A stretch of DNA of 64,000 nt from an uncultured delta proteobacterium (GTDB lineage: Bacteria > Desulfobacterota > Binatia > Binatales > Binataceae), in the NCBI GenBank assembly GCA_963724765.1, contig CAVRVY010000004.1:256001-320000 (forward strand). Direction: 5' to 3'. The position numbers and the translations under genes were made by a program. Under the pieces are notes generated by a model. The model ran no database searches and had not been told where the DNA came from. It saw only the letters and a program-made list of their open reading frames with translations. Positions 23,011 to 32,713 of the stretch are shown piece by piece (the stretch's first letter is position 1; each line of letters begins with the position of its first letter).

Positions 23011-24195
23011 ATGACAAACCGGAGACAACTGAGACTTGTCGGACGGCGGCGGGCGGCCCGGCGCACCGGCGAGCGCGAAGTTCATCGCTACGTGCCCAAC
23101 GCGGGGCTTTCGGTGCCGGTCGTCACCATCCTCGACCGCTCGGGTGAGGTGCTCGAAGACGAGCAGCGCGCGGTGGTGCGCTGGGCGGTGCAGAGCGGCC
23201 ATGGCGCCAACATCATCTTCGCCGCCGGCACTACCGGCGAGTGGGACAAGCTGGACAATCCGCGCCGCCAGCAAATCGCCCGCGTGGTGGTCGACGAATG
23301 CCGTCACATCAACGCCGCCGGCGTCGCGGTCGAGGCCTGGGTCGGCATCACCGGGCATACGCGCGCGGAGACGCTGGAGAACCTCGAGTATGCGTTGGAG
23401 TTGAACGCCGAGGCGGCAGTGGTCGCGCCGCTTTCGATTCGCGACTCGGAAGATCCAGTCGGCTTCGTCAACCGCGAGATCAACGCGCTGTTCGAACGCT
23501 CAAAGCGATGGATTCCGGTCTTCCTCTACGACAACGCCGAGATTTCCGCGCCCGGCCACGCGCCGCACATGCATACGCGCGACGTCAAACAGATGAGCCG
23601 GATGGATTACGTGCGCGGGATCAAGGTCACGGCCGGTAAGGCGGTGCTCGGCAATTACACGCGCGCCGCATCACACTTCAACCGCGGCGGCGATTTTGCG
23701 ATTTACGCCGGCGACCCATATCTCATTTTCGATCTGTTCGCGCCGCCCAAGGGCGCGGGCGGATGGACCCGGCACTACTGGAACCGCTACTGGACGCGCG
23801 ATTCGCTGCCCTACGGAATCGTGGCCGGGCCGAGCAACGCGATGCCGCGCGAGTGGCAACGGGCGTTGCGCGTGTGCCGCAACGGCGATTCCGCCCTGAT
23901 GCATCGCTACGCCCAGGTGCTCGAGGAGTTCCGCGCCGCGTGCGAGTTCAATCGTGGGGGCCGCGGCTTCCGTCCCACGCTTGCCTGCCTCAAAGCGGCC
24001 TTGGTCGAGATGGGCGTATGCCGCAGCGAAGCGCTCGCGCCCGGAACGCCTGCGTTCAGCGACGGCGAGCGGCGCGAGTTCGCGCGCCGCTTCAAGGACC
24101 TGCGCCGGCGCGCGGCGGCCACGCTGGAGCCCGGATGGCTCAGCGAGGCCGACGCGGAGCGTCCGCAGGCGAGGCGCGCACTCAAGGATGGCTGA
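23011..24195 (+). CDS. DHDPS/N-acetylneuraminate lyase family class I aldolase
   Basis: GTTGE, FLYDN Tyr, GIKVT Schiff-base Lys. Confidence 0.8.
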   Translation: MTNRRQLRLVGRRRAARRTGEREVHRYVPNAGLSVPVVTILDRSGEVLEDEQRAVVRWAVQSGHGANIIFAAGTTGEWDKLDNPRRQQIARVVVDECRHINAAGVAVEAWVGITGHTRAETLENLEYALELNAEAAVVAPLSIRDSEDPVGFVNREINALFERSKRWIPVFLYDNAEISAPGHAPHMHTRDVKQMSRMDYVRGIKVTAGKAVLGNYTRAASHFNRGGDFAIYAGDPYLIFDLFAPPKGAGGWTRHYWNRYWTRDSLPYGIVAGPSNAMPREWQRALRVCRNGDSALMHRYAQVLEEFRAACEFNRGGRGFRPTLACLKAALVEMGVCRSEALAPGTPAFSDGERREFARRFKDLRRRAAATLEPGWLSEADAERPQARRALKDG

Positions 24196-25861
24196 GCCAA
24201 AACTCGACGTCGCCGGCTGCGGCAGCATGGTGGTGGACTTGTTCTACCGCACGCCGAAGTTCGTCCACGCCGAGCAGAAAGTCGCGCTCGATGCCCATCA
24301 CGGCGATGGCCGCATGGAACGCGCGGCGGTCGGCGGCCTGGTACTCAACCATCTCGGATGGGCGCGCGTGCTGGGGCTCGAAGCCGGCGTGTTCGGCAAA
24401 ATCGGCGCCGATCGCCACGGCGAGTTCCTGCGCCGCGGGATGGACCAGCTCGGGATTCGGCATCATCTGACCACCGACGGCTCGGCCAGCTCATTCGCCA
24501 AGGTCTTCGTCGACGGGCGCGGCGGGCGCGCCATCTATATGGCGCGCGGAGCCACCGCCGAGCTTGCGCCCGATGAAATTCGCCGCCGCCACGCCGGCTT
24601 TATCCGGCACGCCCGGATGATCTCTACCGAAATTTCGCAGCTCCCGCTGCGCACCGTAATCGCGCTGCTGCTATTCGCGCGCGCCAATTCCATCCCGACC
24701 GTGCTCGACGTCGATCTGCCGCCCGCCGACGCCTGTCCCGCGCTTGGAACCCGCGCCGAACTGGACCGCGCGCTTCGCCTGGCGACGATTCTCAAACCGA
24801 CCCGTCTCACGGCACGCGCGCTCGTGGGCGCGGGGCGCGGCGACACATTGAAGCTCGCGCAGGCGATGCGCGCGCGCTACCAGAGCCAGGCGGTGGTCGT
24901 CACCGACGGCGAGCGCGGATGCGCGATCGCGGCGGCGGGGACCGCGCTCAAGCTGCCGGCGTTCGCGGTCAAAGCGGTGGACACGACCGGCGCCGGCGAT
25001 GCGTTCCTGGGCGCGATGCTCGCGGGGCTGCGATGGGGCTGGCCGTGGCGCGCGATCGGGACGCTCGCCAATGCGGCCGGCGCGGTATGCGTGGGGCGGC
25101 TGGGCGCGTTTCCGGCCGGCTTCGAGGTGCGCGACGAAGTGCTCGCGTTGTTCCGCGACGCGATGCCCGATCAGGCGCTGCCGGAGATCGAAACACCGCC
25201 GCAGGCCGGCGGACCGCTCGATCCCTCGGTCGAGGTCAACCGTTTCCTGGAATTGTGCCTGAGCGAGCTTGGGACGCTGCGGCGCGAGATCGACCTCAAC
25301 CACATTCGCGCCGCGGTCGACATGATCCGCATCGCCGAAGCCCACGGCGGCCGCGTCCATCTTACCGGCGTCGGCAAGCCCGAACACGTCGCCCGTTATG
25401 CGGCGAGCCTGCTCTGTTCCGTGGGGACACAAGCGACCTTCCTCCATGCGACCGAAACGCTGCATGGCAGTCTCGGCCAAGTCGATCCCAAGGATATAGT
25501 GATCGCGATCTCCAACAGCGGCAATACGCGTGAGTTGTGCGAAGCCACCGTGGCGATCAAGGAGCACGGCGCGCAGTTAATCGCGGTCACCGGCAACCCG
25601 GCCTCCGAACTCTCGCACCTGGCCGACCTCGTGATTAACGCTCCGGTCGAGCAAGAGGGCGGCGTGCTCGGCCTCGCGCCACGCATCAGCGTGCTCGCCG
25701 AGGTATGCGTACTCGCCGCGCTGTCGGTCGCGCTGGAAGCGGCGCGCGGGCTGACCCTGGAGCAGTACGGCCGATGGCATCGCGCGGGCACGCTCGGCGC
25801 AGCGGCGCGCCGCCTGGTCTCGGGACGCCAGGCCCGGCGCAAACTCAAAGCGGTAAAATAA
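24188..25861 (+). CDS. PfkB sugar kinase fused to a KdsD/GutQ-like SIS isomerase domain
   Basis: DTTGAGDAF (PfkB); TGVGKPEHVA...FLHATETLHGSLG, ISNSGNT.E, H.AG.LG (SIS); overlaps aldolase stop. Confidence 0.85.
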   Translation: MAEPKLDVAGCGSMVVDLFYRTPKFVHAEQKVALDAHHGDGRMERAAVGGLVLNHLGWARVLGLEAGVFGKIGADRHGEFLRRGMDQLGIRHHLTTDGSASSFAKVFVDGRGGRAIYMARGATAELAPDEIRRRHAGFIRHARMISTEISQLPLRTVIALLLFARANSIPTVLDVDLPPADACPALGTRAELDRALRLATILKPTRLTARALVGAGRGDTLKLAQAMRARYQSQAVVVTDGERGCAIAAAGTALKLPAFAVKAVDTTGAGDAFLGAMLAGLRWGWPWRAIGTLANAAGAVCVGRLGAFPAGFEVRDEVLALFRDAMPDQALPEIETPPQAGGPLDPSVEVNRFLELCLSELGTLRREIDLNHIRAAVDMIRIAEAHGGRVHLTGVGKPEHVARYAASLLCSVGTQATFLHATETLHGSLGQVDPKDIVIAISNSGNTRELCEATVAIKEHGAQLIAVTGNPASELSHLADLVINAPVEQEGGVLGLAPRISVLAEVCVLAALSVALEAARGLTLEQYGRWHRAGTLGAAARRLVSGRQARRKLKAVK

Positions 25862-25927
25862 TTAAATAGTCAAATAGCCAGAATACCGCGCCGCCTAGCG
25901 CGCGAGTCGAAGACCGAGGGGCCGACG

Positions 25928-26752
25928 ATGAAGTATGGAATCACGATCCGCAACATGGGGCCGCAGTCGACCCGCGAGACAATCGTTGCGTGCGCCCGCG
26001 CCGCCGAACAACTCGGCTTCGACGCGCTCTTCGTTTCCGATCACCTGGCGCTGCCGCCCGACGATGTCGAGGGCTCGGGCGGGCGCTACCTCGACGTACT
26101 GGCGACGCTCGCGTTTCTCGCCGGGACGACCGAGCGAATCCGTCTGGGCGTGTCGGTGCTCGTGCTGCCATATCGTCCGGCCGTGCTCACCGCCAAGCAG
26201 GTCGCGACGATCCAGGAACTATCAGGCGGCCGGATGATCCTCGCTACGGACGTCGGATGGATGCGCCGCGAGTTCGACGCGCTGGGCGTCGACCCCGGCC
26301 AGCGCGGCGCGCTGACCACCGAAACGCTCCGCGTATTGCATCAATTGTTCTCGAGCGACGTCGCGTCGTACGAGGGCGCGCTGGTGCGCTTTGCGCCGAT
26401 CGTGTTTCTGCCGCGGCCGCCGCGCCCGCCGATTTGGATCGGCGGCAACGGCGACAACGCGATCGCGCGCGTGCTGGAATTCGGCGACGGATGGCATCCG
26501 ATGCTGCCGGCGGACAAGCTCGGCCCGGCGGTGGTCGCTCTACGCGAGCAGGCTCGCGCACGCGGCCGTGCCGAGCCCGAAATAGTGGTGCGCCGCGGGC
26601 TCAAGCTCGACGATGTCGCCGCCGCCCGCGCCCGGCTGGAGGCCGAGCACGCGGCCGGCGCGACGTACTTCATCCTCGACCTCGGCCGCTATGCGGAGGA
26701 ACGCGAGTTCGTCCGCGGCGCCGAGGCGTTCATGACGCGCGTCGCACGCTGA
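25928..26752 (+). CDS. LLM-class (probably F420-dependent) oxidoreductase
   Basis: AEQLGFD...SDH, T.RIRLG.SVLVLPYR, PPIWIGG, DGW.P. Confidence 0.85.
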   Translation: MKYGITIRNMGPQSTRETIVACARAAEQLGFDALFVSDHLALPPDDVEGSGGRYLDVLATLAFLAGTTERIRLGVSVLVLPYRPAVLTAKQVATIQELSGGRMILATDVGWMRREFDALGVDPGQRGALTTETLRVLHQLFSSDVASYEGALVRFAPIVFLPRPPRPPIWIGGNGDNAIARVLEFGDGWHPMLPADKLGPAVVALREQARARGRAEPEIVVRRGLKLDDVAAARARLEAEHAAGATYFILDLGRYAEEREFVRGAEAFMTRVAR

Positions 26753-26900
26753 GGCGCGCGCCGCGCTTATTGGATCGCGCCGCAGGCATGCAGCAGCAGC
26801 CGTGCAGCGGGGACTTTGCAGAATGACGGGGCGGGCGCGGCCATCCGCCGCGCCCGCCCACGTCGTTTAGGTGCGCCGCCGCTGCGCGGCGCGCGCGAAT

Positions 26901-28139
26901 CTAAATCAGCTTGTCGCGTTTGAGCTCTTCGATCTCTCCCAGCTTGAGCCCCAGGAGCTCGCCGTATACGCGCTCGTTGTCGTGGCCAACGCCGACCGCG
27001 CCGCGGAAGATCTTGCCCGGCGTGGCCGAAAACTTCGGCACAACTCCGATACCCTTGACCTTGCCCGCCTGCTCGTCGGTCCATTCGACGTGCATGTCGC
27101 GCGCCTGGTATTGCTCGTTTTCCGCCATGTCCTTGCTCGACATGATCCGGTTACAGGCCACGTTATTCTCGTTCATGTGCCGCACGACTTCGACGGCGGG
27201 GCGCTCGTTGATCCACCCACGCAGCAACGCGTCGAACTCGATCCCTTCCATCGATTCGATGTCCAGGCGCGCCTTCTGCCATTTCGGATCAGCCGGGTCC
27301 AGGCCGATCGCCCGCACCACGCGATCGTAAACCTCGCCAATCGCGCCCAGCACCACCCATCCGTCGCTCGCCTCGAAGCTGTCGAGCGGCTGGAAGCCCT
27401 GCGCCTTGTTGCCCGAGCGTTCGCGCACCAATCCCTGTTGGAAGTACTCGACCATCGTGCCGCCGAGCGTGCGATGGATCGCTTCGTACTGTGCGATGTC
27501 GATCGCCTGGCCCTTGCCGAAGCTTCGCGCGTAGGTCAGCCCCGCCAGCGACGACCATAGGGTGAACAACGCCGTCAGGTAGTCGCCCGTCCACGGTGCG
27601 GCGCGCGAGGGCGGGGTCTCGGGAAAGCCGGTCTGATGCATGATGCCGCCGAAGGCCTGGCCCACGATGTCGTACGAGGTGCGCCCGATATAGTCGGGAT
27701 GGCCATATTGGCCGTAAGAGCTGACGTGGGTAATCACCAGCTTCGGATTGACTTTCCATACCGAGGCGTCGTCGAGGCCCCATTTCGGATAGGTCCCGGC
27801 CTTCGAGCTTTCCATCCAGATGTCGGCGCGCTCGACCAGGCGCAGGAACAGGTCGCGCCCGCGCGGCCGAGTGAGGTCAAGCGAGACGCAGAAGACGTTG
27901 CGCCGCTCCTGCACCCAGTTGGTCGCGGTCTCGCCCTTGCCGTCGCGCGTCTTGAGCCGGATGCCGACGGTGCGCCATCCCAGGTCGCCCACGCCGGGGC
28001 GTTCGATCTGGATGACCTCGGCGCCCATCTCGGCGGCCAGCGCCGCACCAAACGGCTGCGCGATCAAGGTGCCGCTCGAGACGATTTTGACCCCCTGGAG
28101 CGGTCCAAATGCCTCGGGTACAAGGGTTTTCTCCGCCAT
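26901..28139 (-). CDS. Class III CoA-transferase (CaiB/BaiF family)
   Basis: GPLQGVK, AEMGAEVI.IE.P, RN...LDL, GDY catalytic Asp. Confidence 0.85.
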   Translation of the reverse strand: MAEKTLVPEAFGPLQGVKIVSSGTLIAQPFGAALAAEMGAEVIQIERPGVGDLGWRTVGIRLKTRDGKGETATNWVQERRNVFCVSLDLTRPRGRDLFLRLVERADIWMESSKAGTYPKWGLDDASVWKVNPKLVITHVSSYGQYGHPDYIGRTSYDIVGQAFGGIMHQTGFPETPPSRAAPWTGDYLTALFTLWSSLAGLTYARSFGKGQAIDIAQYEAIHRTLGGTMVEYFQQGLVRERSGNKAQGFQPLDSFEASDGWVVLGAIGEVYDRVVRAIGLDPADPKWQKARLDIESMEGIEFDALLRGWINERPAVEVVRHMNENNVACNRIMSSKDMAENEQYQARDMHVEWTDEQAGKVKGIGVVPKFSATPGKIFRGAVGVGHDNERVYGELLGLKLGEIEELKRDKLI

Positions 28140-28435
28140 CGTGACCTCCTGGTGAAATACCGCCGTTCATCAAAACCGAATCATGCACCGTTTGCGCCGA
28201 AGGGGGCAACCCAAGCGCGTCTCAAGCGCATCTGATGACTAATCGCACTTCGCCGGACGTTTGCCGCATCTGCAAGCCGGGTTATTATACTGATGAATGC
28301 CGCGATTCACGGGCGGGGCGGGTGTGAAATCCGCGCCAGATCTATGCCAGATTTTTTGCCGAACTCTGTGACACACTCTTCGTCAAATCCAGAGACCCCA
28401 ATCATAAGACCCAGTCATAAGAAAGGTCCGCCGCG

Positions 28436-29764
28436 ATGAACGACGCGATTGACCAGCGCGAGCTTACCTTCATGGCCCTGGCCGGCCTCATCGGCGGCGC
28501 GCTCGGATGGCTTCCGGTCGAGCTGGTCAGCCACGGACACACGATCACGCAGGTCGAGAACATCTGGACCCAGCTCGCGGGGGTCGCCTCGATGGCGCTG
28601 TTCTGGGGGCTGGTCGGCGGCTTCATCGTCGCGGCGCAGGGCAAAAGCCTGCAATTCACACCGGCAGTCACGCGGCGTTTCCTGGTTGGACTTGTGGTCT
28701 GCTTCCTTATCGGACTGCCCGCGGTTTATTACTCCAACGTCGTCTTCACGATGATCCTCTCGGCCGGCGGATGGGGCGCCAATCAGGCCGGTTCGGAGAT
28801 CTATCTGCGCGTTGCGCGGGTGATCGGATGGGTCCTGATGGGGTTCATCTGCGGCGCCGGCGTAGGCCTGGCGAGCGGCTCGCTCAGGGATCTCGCGGGA
28901 TCGCTGCGCAACATCGTAAAGGGAGCGGTCGGCGGATGGGTGGGCGGCTTCGTCGGCGGCGTGGCCTTCGATATCATCGGGGCTAACGCGAGCGGTCTCT
29001 ACTCGCGGCTGTTTGGGCTGTGCGCGCTCGGATTGGCGGTCGGACTGCTGATCGGGCTGGTGCAGGAGTTGACCAAGAGCGCGTGGCTCAACGTCCAGGC
29101 GGGACGGCTGCGCGGACGCAGCTTCAATATCGATCGTGCGGTGGCGACGCTCGGGCGCGCCGAAGAAAACGTGGTCGGGCTTTTCGGCGATCCCGGCGTG
29201 CAGCCGCGCCATGCGGTGATCGAACGCCACGGCAACAGTTACGTGCTGAAGAATCTCGCCGTGCAGCAGGGCGTGTTCCTCAACGGCAACCGGATCGAAA
29301 CCGCCGAGCTGAACGAGGGCGACCGGATCAGGATTTCCGACTACGAACTGAGCTTTCATCTCAAGCGCGCCAGCGCCGGGCCGCGCCCTGCCGTCGTGCG
29401 CCAAAACGGTCAAAACGGCCGAGACGGCGCGCCGGCCTCCGTGTCCGCCGGGCCCGCGATGGCGCCGCACGTCGGACGGATGGCGACGCCGTGCCTGGTC
29501 GGCGCCAACGGACGCCGCTACGAACTGCGTCCGGGAGCGCCAACGACGTTGGGCCGCGCGATCGACAACGACATCGTTATCTCCGACGCTTCGGTCTCGC
29601 GCCGCCACGCGACTATCGTGCCGCAGGACGGCGGTTTCGCGCTGCGCGACCTGGCCAGCCAGAACGGCACTTTCATCCGCGGCCAACGGATCGACGGCGC
29701 ACGTCAGCTCGCCAACGGCGACGACGTGCGGTTGGGCGACGCGCCGTTTGTGTTCCATGGCTGA
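28436..29764 (+). CDS. Multi-pass membrane protein with two C-terminal FHA domains
   Basis: About 6-7 Gly-rich TM segments; FHA1 LGR...QPRH...GVFLNG; FHA2 LGR...SRRH...DLAS.NGT. Confidence 0.85.
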   Translation: MNDAIDQRELTFMALAGLIGGALGWLPVELVSHGHTITQVENIWTQLAGVASMALFWGLVGGFIVAAQGKSLQFTPAVTRRFLVGLVVCFLIGLPAVYYSNVVFTMILSAGGWGANQAGSEIYLRVARVIGWVLMGFICGAGVGLASGSLRDLAGSLRNIVKGAVGGWVGGFVGGVAFDIIGANASGLYSRLFGLCALGLAVGLLIGLVQELTKSAWLNVQAGRLRGRSFNIDRAVATLGRAEENVVGLFGDPGVQPRHAVIERHGNSYVLKNLAVQQGVFLNGNRIETAELNEGDRIRISDYELSFHLKRASAGPRPAVVRQNGQNGRDGAPASVSAGPAMAPHVGRMATPCLVGANGRRYELRPGAPTTLGRAIDNDIVISDASVSRRHATIVPQDGGFALRDLASQNGTFIRGQRIDGARQLANGDDVRLGDAPFVFHG

Positions 29765-30179
29765 AACCGGCATGGCTGAAATGGTCAGAACCGAAACGGG
29801 CAGGAATGAAACCGCAACGACACGGGCGCGGTTCTGTTCGCAATGCGGCCAGCCGGTAGTAGTGGCCGAAGCGGTGTACTGCAAGCAGTGCGGCGCGCGA
29901 CTGGGTGGCGGGGAATGGCTCGGCGATCTGAGGTCACCTGCATTGATCGCGGTCGTGCTAAGCCTGGTGCCGGGGCTCGGCCATTTTTATGCCGGGCGCG
30001 CGGGGCGCGCGATCGGATGGTTCTTCGGGACACTTTGGGCTTACGATATTTCACCGTCGCTAGGCGTGCTGATTCACTTGGTATGCGCAGTGTCGGCGGC
30101 GCGCGCCGCCGCGCTTGATGCTGAGCGGCGCGGGACTCGCGCCTCCGGGGCGTTGACGGCAGGGCCGCCACCGCAGTAA
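29757..30179 (+). CDS. Zinc-ribbon membrane protein (TM2-like)
   Basis: CSQCG..CKQCG; SLVPGLGHFY.G; overlaps the FHA gene stop. Confidence 0.7.
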   Translation: MAETGMAEMVRTETGRNETATTRARFCSQCGQPVVVAEAVYCKQCGARLGGGEWLGDLRSPALIAVVLSLVPGLGHFYAGRAGRAIGWFFGTLWAYDISPSLGVLIHLVCAVSAARAAALDAERRGTRASGALTAGPPPQ

Positions 30180-30197
30180 TTACCCGCGACCTTAGCG

Positions 30198-31862
30198 ATG
30201 ATTGCGCCAAACACCATAGTCGGCGGCCGTTACCGCGTCGTGAAGCCGCTCGGCGGCGGCGGGATGAAGCTGGTCTACCTGGCCGAGGACCTGCGGCTGG
30301 CGGCGCGCCGGTGCGCGCTGGCCGAGGTGGTCGATAATTTCACCAACCCCGACGCGCAGCGTCAGGCGGTCGACGCCTTCCAGCGCGAGGCCGACATGCT
30401 GGCGCGGCTTAACAACGAGCATATCCCCCGCGTCTTCGACCGCTTCAGCGAACAAAACCATCACTACCTGGTGATGGAATATATCGACGGTGCGACGCTC
30501 GAGGAGGAGACGAAGCTGGCGGGGGGCCGGCTGGCTCAGGCGCGCGTCATCGACATCGCGCTGCAAATCCTCGATACGCTCGAGTACCTGCACGGGCTCG
30601 AGCCGCCGGTCATCTATCGTGACCTCAAACCGTCCAACGTCATGATGATGGCCAATGGACAGGCCAAGCTCATCGACTTCGGTATCGCGCGCCATTTCCA
30701 GCCGCAGCAGAACGCGACCATGATCGGCACGCAGGGGTATGCGCCGCCCGAGCAATATCGCGGCAAGGTCGAACTGCGCTCGGACCTCTACGCGCTCGGC
30801 GCGACGATGCATCATGCGCTCAGCGGCCGCGACCCGGCCAACGAAGCGCCGTTCAGCTTTCCACCGCTCGCCACGTCATGTCCCGGCGCCGAACCAGCGC
30901 TGGCAGCGCTGGTCGACGACGCGCTCGCCTACGACGTCGAGCATCGCGTGCAAAGCGCGGCGGAATTCAAGCGCCGGCTGCAAGATATACGCGACGGCAC
31001 TCGCGCCGGCGTCGCTCCCACCGATGCGACAGCGCCATCAGTGACACTGGAACACGCAAACGGCGGAGAACATACACTCGCGACGGGAGCATCGCAGTCA
31101 ACCGCGCCGTCGCAGACGGCCACCGGCTCGCGCTCGCAGCTTCGGCTGCCGCTCGGAAGCGCCAGCGCGCCACGTCCCGCATCGCCGTCCGCGCCAACGG
31201 TGTTGCGTACGGCATCGGAGATCGATTGTACGAAATGCGGCCGGGCGATTCCCTCCGATTCGCGCTTCTGTTCCTTTTGCGGCGCGGAGGTGAGTGACGC
31301 GCACGCCGCGGCCGGCGTCGCATCCAATCACGAGGCCGAGACCGTGCTCCTTTCGGTGCCGCCCTCGGCCCAAGAGCGGCCGCGCGTGACGCCCCGCGGC
31401 GCGCGACTTTACCATCGGACGCGCAGCGCGCGCCGTCCCCTGCTGATCCTGGTGTTGATCTTCGTGAGCGCATTCGCGACGGTCAGAGCGGTCTCATGCC
31501 TGCAAATGAGCGACAATTCGGACGGCAACCCGCCCGACGCAACGCGCGCCGACGCACCAATACCCGCGATGCCCGCGCCTGACGCCTCGGCGCCCGGCAC
31601 AGAGCCCGAACCTTTTCCGCCTGACTCTCCGTCCTCGGCTCCGGAGTTTCGCGCCGCGCGGCTGGATGCCTTTCGGGCAGCGCTTGACGCCGGCGGATTA
31701 ACCGGCGTGCACTTCCGGATGGTGGGCGACACGATGGTGTTGACCGGGACGGTGCCGACCACGACCGACGAAGCGATGGTGCAAATGCTGGCGTTGAACG
31801 TCGCAGGCGTCGCTTCGCTCAAAGATCATATCCGCGTGCAGGACGGCTCCGCCGGCCCATAG
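30198..31862 (+). CDS. Hanks-type Ser/Thr kinase (atypical lysine position) - zinc ribbon - TM - BON-like domain
   Basis: FQREA alphaC Glu, YRDLKPSN, DFG, GT.GYAPPE; CTKCG..CSFCG; TM LLILVLIFV; C-terminal V.L.G.V...V.GV....D.I.V. Confidence 0.9.
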   Translation: MIAPNTIVGGRYRVVKPLGGGGMKLVYLAEDLRLAARRCALAEVVDNFTNPDAQRQAVDAFQREADMLARLNNEHIPRVFDRFSEQNHHYLVMEYIDGATLEEETKLAGGRLAQARVIDIALQILDTLEYLHGLEPPVIYRDLKPSNVMMMANGQAKLIDFGIARHFQPQQNATMIGTQGYAPPEQYRGKVELRSDLYALGATMHHALSGRDPANEAPFSFPPLATSCPGAEPALAALVDDALAYDVEHRVQSAAEFKRRLQDIRDGTRAGVAPTDATAPSVTLEHANGGEHTLATGASQSTAPSQTATGSRSQLRLPLGSASAPRPASPSAPTVLRTASEIDCTKCGRAIPSDSRFCSFCGAEVSDAHAAAGVASNHEAETVLLSVPPSAQERPRVTPRGARLYHRTRSARRPLLILVLIFVSAFATVRAVSCLQMSDNSDGNPPDATRADAPIPAMPAPDASAPGTEPEPFPPDSPSSAPEFRAARLDAFRAALDAGGLTGVHFRMVGDTMVLTGTVPTTTDEAMVQMLALNVAGVASLKDHIRVQDGSAGP

Positions 31863-31961
31863 AGCGTTCGCGGCAGCGCTGAAAAAGAAATCAACCCGGC
31901 GCGCGTCGGATCGCGCGGCGGCTTTCCAAGCCACGCCGGCAAATGTGAGAATCGTTGCGTC

Positions 31962-32636
31962 ATGCTCATCGACCTGCACGTCCATACGCTGCTCTCCTCG
32001 GATTCCAACATCGCACCCGAGCAATACGTCGAGGCCGCCGCGCGCGGCCCGCGCCGCCTCGACGCCATCTGCTTCACCGAGCATCGCCTGTTCCCCGCCG
32101 ATCCGGAGCTCGACCGGCGCTATGCCGAGCTGACGCAGCAGTTCGGTGTGATGGTATTCAAAGGAATCGAGGCCGACACCAACCTGGGCCATCTGCTGCT
32201 GTTCGGAGTGACGCGCGAAGTGATTCGCCGCTTCGATCTGAGTTCGCGGATGCTCAAAAGCGACACGCTGATCGAAGTCATCCACGGCGAGGGCGGAATC
32301 GCGATCCCGGCGCATCCGTTTCGCGATTCGGGCTTCGGTCCGCAGCTCGACGATCTGCTCGCGCGCCACGGCGCCGCGCTCGGCGTAATCGAGGCGCTCA
32401 ACGGACAGAACTCGCCGCGCGAGAACGACGCCGCGCTGGTCGCGATGGAGAAGCTCGGGCTGGTCGGCGTCGGCGGCAGCGACGCGCATTTCGTAACCCC
32501 GAAATGGTTCCTCAGCTGCGCGACCGAGCTGGAGCGGACAGTGAGCGATATCGAGGGACTCTGTGCCGAACTGCGCGCCGGCCGCGCCCGCCCCTTCCGC
32601 TTTGAGGACGAGACAACTCCGTCAGCGAACGAATAG
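31962..32636 (+). CDS. PHP-family phosphoesterase
   Basis: IDLHVHT, TEH, GIE....GH, AHPFR, GGSDAH. Confidence 0.85.
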   Translation: MLIDLHVHTLLSSDSNIAPEQYVEAAARGPRRLDAICFTEHRLFPADPELDRRYAELTQQFGVMVFKGIEADTNLGHLLLFGVTREVIRRFDLSSRMLKSDTLIEVIHGEGGIAIPAHPFRDSGFGPQLDDLLARHGAALGVIEALNGQNSPRENDAALVAMEKLGLVGVGGSDAHFVTPKWFLSCATELERTVSDIEGLCAELRAGRARPFRFEDETTPSANE

Positions 32637-32713
32637 GCGCAGCGCCGCGCGTCGGTCTCTTCGGTCATCAACGAACGAACAGGCGGAGCGCCGCGCGCCC
32701 TCTCTTCTGTGAT

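Noticed and set aside
30198-30400. Kinase as a dead pseudokinase
   Set aside because: Loss of the beta3 Lys coincides with gain of a Lys at the WNK position and all other catalytic motifs are intact; not excluded without an assay
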